Shown here: piece by piece, positions 60,303 through 64,000 of the stretch | Layout: each line of letters starts with the position of its first letter | How positions within the stretch are numbered: position 1 is the first letter of the stretch | Assembly: GCA_963799845.1 (NCBI GenBank) | Contig: CAWCYI010000004.1 | Coordinates: 1,344,001 to 1,408,000, forward strand | Length of the DNA stretch: 64,000 bases | From: an uncultured Nitrososphaerota archaeon | GTDB taxonomy: Archaea > Thermoproteota > Nitrososphaeria > Nitrososphaerales > CADDZS01 | Direction of reading: 5' to 3' | Program-made: the position numbers and the translations under genes | Notes under the pieces: generated by a model | What the model was told of the DNA's origin: nothing | What the model saw: only the letters and a program-made list of their open reading frames with translations | Databases searched by the model: none

Positions 60303-61638
60303 ATGACTTCTATCTTCAGAACGACCTCCGCCAAAGTCCAGGTCCTCGCCTCCTTCGTCGCGATCTCATTTGTTATTGGGCTCATCTTCCGAAACGTCCT
60401 CATTTTCGCCGGCGTCACGGTGCTGATTTACCTCGGGCTGATTTCACTCCAAAGCCAGCCGCCCAGAGAAATAAAAATCCAGAGATTAATTGAAAAAGCT
60501 CAGCTCTTCGAGGATGATGTTTCAAAGGTTCGTCTTCAAGCAACCAACAGCAGCAAAAGATCGATTGCACTCGTAACTGTGGAAGACTCTGTCCCGCAGG
60601 AGCTCAATAACGATAACCCTACAGCATTCAGCTTCTCCCTCAAACCGGGAGAAACACGAGATAATTTCTACTCAATTAAAGCAAGCACCTTCGGGGTCTT
60701 CTCTCTCGGCCCGATACGAATCAGATGCGAGGACTCTACCGGTTTGAATATCGCAAGATCGATCATCAAAGACTATTCTACGGTTGTGGTTCTCCCCAGG
60801 ACCACTGAACGCCTAACTCATTTCAAGATCAGACCGCGCAAAACAAAACCGTGGCCGGGCGAGATCGTCGCGAGGAAGGTTGGTCTGGGAATGGACAACT
60901 ACAGCATCCGCCAGTACATCCCCGGCGACACCTTCCGCCGCATCAACTGGCGGGCGTCCGCAAAGACCGAAGATAACCTTCTGCTGAACGAGCAGACGGC
61001 GGAGCTCGGCGCCGACACGATAATAGTGATCGACGCGCGCCCCGCGTCAAACCTCATCAGCTCCAGCGGGGATTCCCTCGTGAAGCACTCTCTGTGCGCA
61101 GCCATTTCAATCTCCGACAAACTGCTCCGAGATCGAAATCGCGTGGGCCTCGTGACCGTCGGACTCGAAAGCGATCGCATCCCGCCCGGCTATGGACGTC
61201 GCCAGTACCAACAGACTGGTACTGAGCCTGATTCGCGTCAAAGCTGGAGGGGTTTTCACTTTCGAAAACATTCCGAGTTATCTCAAGTACTTCTACCCGC
61301 ACCTCGCCCAGGTCGTGCTCATTTCGCCGCTCCTGGACAATGAAGCCTTCAACGCCTCAGGTGAGATCGCGAGGTCTGGCTACGAGCTCCTCATCCTTTC
61401 CCCGAACCCTGTTGACTTTAGTCCAGTGAAAACTCGCAACCGAGAGAACGAGCGAACCCTCAAGATCTCGAGAGATCTCGCCCTCCTTGCAAGGAACACA
61501 AATTTGGATCGCCTCAGTCGCGCCGGTGCTCTAATTCTCGACTGGCGGAAAGACGATCCGCTGGATTTTGCTCTCTCTAGAAATATTCGCGCGCAGGCAA
61601 GACACACTGAGCTGGCAATGAGGAGGCGTATCCCGTGA
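60303..61638 (+). CDS. DUF58 domain protein (frameshift near 61210)
   Basis: IRQY.PGD..RRINWRASAK, DRNRVGL; second half LISPL in another frame. Confidence 0.85.
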
Positions 61639-62178
61639 GCGCAAGATCTCTCGAAACCGGCGAGCTCCTGTCATTCCTCCTTGTGGCCACGACGATGCTA
61701 TCTTCAATGCTGTTCTTCCGTTCATTTTACTGGGTCTTCATTCTCTTTGCAATAATCGATGGACTTTCAACGCGCTACAGGAGCGAGTTCGTTCTCTCCT
61801 TAGATCGGATCGTCTTTGCCTTCATAATTCTGCTCCTCAGCGCCGAGTCACTGAGATTGGACGTTCCAGAGATGATTCTGGAAACAGACTGCGCTCATCG
61901 CTCTCCTGGACATCTCCTTCCTCCTCCGTCAGATCCGCCAGCACACCCAGCGCGATCTCTCAACAATTCTCTTTTCGAGACTCCGTTCGTACCTCTACAC
62001 GCTCGTCCCCGCCGTAATCTTGTCATCAGGATTGACGTACCTCGGTGCTTCATCTCTCTCCATTGCCATAAACTCCCAGTACGCGATTCTCGATCTCGGT
62101 CTCGCCTCGGTGGTCGTGTTCGCTATAATAGTGAGCGTAGCGCGCGAGCCAGAAACCTCAAATAAATTTCAAACATAG
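61635..62178 (+). CDS. Membrane protein downstream of DUF58 (frameshift near 61885)
   Basis: Hydrophobic helices continue in another frame to TAG at 62176-62178. Confidence 0.6.
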
Positions 62179-62185
62179 CCGCACC

Positions 62186-62839
62186 ATGGAATCCTCGTTT
62201 GGTCAAATCAAGACATCAACCCAGGGCGAGCTAGTCCCGGTCACAGAAGTCTCTCTGGGTCAGGGCGACAGCGTCTTCTTCGAGCACCACATTTTCCTGT
62301 GGAAAGATCCTTCAGTTACAATCACCGCGAAAGTGATGAAGGGCGTTGGAAAAAGAATTCTCGCCGGCTTACCCGTTTACGTGACAGAAGCCCACGGCCC
62401 CGGCAAGATCGCTTTCTCACGGGACTCGCCGGGTCAGGTTAAATTTTTCGATCTAAAACCCGGTTCTCCGATCCATGTTAAGGAGCATCAGTTCCTTTTC
62501 TCCACGAGCGGTGTCAACTACTCGTACTTCAGAGTCAAGGGTCTGGCCAACATGCTCTACGGCGGCACCGGCTTTTTCATCGACACCTTCGAGGGTACGG
62601 GACTCCTCGCGCTCCACGGATATGGAAATTTGTTCGAGAAAAACCTCGCAGCGGGAGAAACTATCGACCTTGAGCCCGGCGGCTTTTGCTACAAGGACGC
62701 CTCGGTCCAGATGACGACGAACAGCATGGGACTCAAGAGCGGTCTGTTCGGCGGCTTTACCTTCATGATGAACCGCTTTACCGGACCCGGCCGTTTAGGC
62801 ATTCAATCGATGCCGTTCCACCTTGCGAGCGGGGAATAA
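62186..62839 (+). CDS. AIM24 family protein
   Basis: FFEHH, GPGKIAFSRD, FTGPGRLGIQS. Confidence 0.85.
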   Translation: MESSFGQIKTSTQGELVPVTEVSLGQGDSVFFEHHIFLWKDPSVTITAKVMKGVGKRILAGLPVYVTEAHGPGKIAFSRDSPGQVKFFDLKPGSPIHVKEHQFLFSTSGVNYSYFRVKGLANMLYGGTGFFIDTFEGTGLLALHGYGNLFEKNLAAGETIDLEPGGFCYKDASVQMTTNSMGLKSGLFGGFTFMMNRFTGPGRLGIQSMPFHLASGE

Positions 62840-62842
62840 TCC

Positions 62843-63559
62843 CTACATACTTGGCGGCTGGCTCGCGCCGCAATTGGGGCAGAAACTTGCATCGTGTGCA
62901 AGACTCGCTCCACACTTTACGCAGAACTTTGTTCCCGCCATTTGTGCTCCAGGTTGAGCCGCCATCGTAGGCGATCCAGGTGGCGGTGGAGGCATCCCAG
63001 GGCCCGACGGCACCATGTCAGGAATCGAGAAGAACGCGACTATTAGCAGGATTTGAGCGATGAGTATCAAGAGTAGTCCTATGACAATGATCGTCAGGAT
63101 CGCCCCGATGAAATAAATTAGAGCAGCTGTCTTGAACATCCCCACGTTCAGCTTCGTTCCAACTTCATTGTACGCCTTGCGAAGGAAGTAGGAAGAAACG
63201 ATTAGCACAATCCATCCAATCACGAGCCCGACCACGATCCCTGCGATCAAACCGCCTAACCCAGGAGTCGAGGTAGTAACTGTCTTGCCGACAATGCTCC
63301 CCAATCCGGCGAACCGGTACACGCTCGCCGCGACGATAACACCGACTACGACAAAGCCAATGATAGAAAGCGCAACCGCGATCAGCATGTCGTTGAATAT
63401 CTTGCTGTCTTTCAGGTCATCCGAGATGTATTTGACGGCAATCAAGGTCATGATAAACCCGATTATGGCTAAAACAACACCAGCGGTCGGGATGAATACG
63501 AGCAGTACGAGAATCGAGCCTACTCCGCCCAGAGTCTTCGCTTGGGATAGAGTTCCCAT
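62843..63559 (-). CDS. DUF996 membrane protein with C-terminal zinc ribbon
   Basis: AKTLGGVGSIL, FKTAALIYFIGA, IVAFFSIP, CVKC..CPNC. Confidence 0.85.
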   Translation of the reverse strand: MGTLSQAKTLGGVGSILVLLVFIPTAGVVLAIIGFIMTLIAVKYISDDLKDSKIFNDMLIAVALSIIGFVVVGVIVAASVYRFAGLGSIVGKTVTTSTPGLGGLIAGIVVGLVIGWIVLIVSSYFLRKAYNEVGTKLNVGMFKTAALIYFIGAILTIIVIGLLLILIAQILLIVAFFSIPDMVPSGPGMPPPPPGSPTMAAQPGAQMAGTKFCVKCGASLAHDASFCPNCGASQPPSM

Positions 63560-63635
63560 GTTATTCTTCGCGGTCTGGACAAACCCCGTACTATTTATCT
63601 TAATCTTTCTGGTTTCCACTCACAGGTGATCCACG

Positions 63636-64000
63636 TTGAACTGCCCTTATTGCGGCCAGAATCTTCTCGACCCGATTCTCCCATCCTGCCCCAACTGCAG
63701 GAAGATCCTGCCTAAATCGAATGATCCACCATACGTAGACCAGCTTCAGGCCGGGTATCAGACGCGCAAGGGCCTCGGAGATCTGAGAAATGCGTTCATG
63801 CTCTATCTGGTCGGTTCCGCAATTACCCTCGTTCCGGTCATCGGCGCAATCGGCGGGATAATCTCCTTTATTGCCCTGATCTTACTCATCATCGGCTGGA
63901 GGGCTCTCGGCAGATCTTCGCTGAATGAAAGCGAAAACTACCGCTCTACCGGCAGCTGGCTCGTGTACGCAATCATCATTGCAATCGTTATCGCCATCGT
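63636..64000 (+). CDS. Zinc-ribbon + DUF973-like membrane protein, truncated by window edge
   Basis: MNCPYCG...CPNC, then GL..LRNA and TM helices. Confidence 0.65.
   Translation, partial: MNCPYCGQNLLDPILPSCPNCRKILPKSNDPPYVDQLQAGYQTRKGLGDLRNAFMLYLVGSAITLVPVIGAIGGIISFIALILLIIGWRALGRSSLNESENYRSTGSWLVYAIIIAIVIAI

Overview
Archaeal genomic window. The archaeal assignment is inferred from an archaeal-type glyA, DUF996/DUF973 zinc-ribbon membrane proteins and TATA-like boxes about 25-35 bp upstream of start codons; a heterotrophic Nitrososphaerota-like lineage is a guess. The window is mostly accessory metabolism: a sugar/sugar-acid catabolic cluster with two GH116 paralogues (0.5-15 kb), glcG-aceB, a globin/Rieske/hemerythrin module, ABC/MFS/APC transporters, and a YhfX/enolase/RraA/hydantoinase cluster. 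Many genes carry single indels that are probably assembly errors. The main result is non-coding. An IS110 (IS1111-type) element at 6176-7390 has a 3' region that folds into a bridge-RNA-like two-loop structure, with guides matching both its reconstructed insertion site and its circle junction. The reconstructed target is a copy of a ~55-bp palindromic REP-like repeat (TTTACTAGTAAA core) found about 9 times here, in the same orientation and beside small or truncated accessory genes. A second, unrelated ~145-bp dispersed element carries AGCT motifs phased at about 10 bp. All alignments and folds were done by eye.
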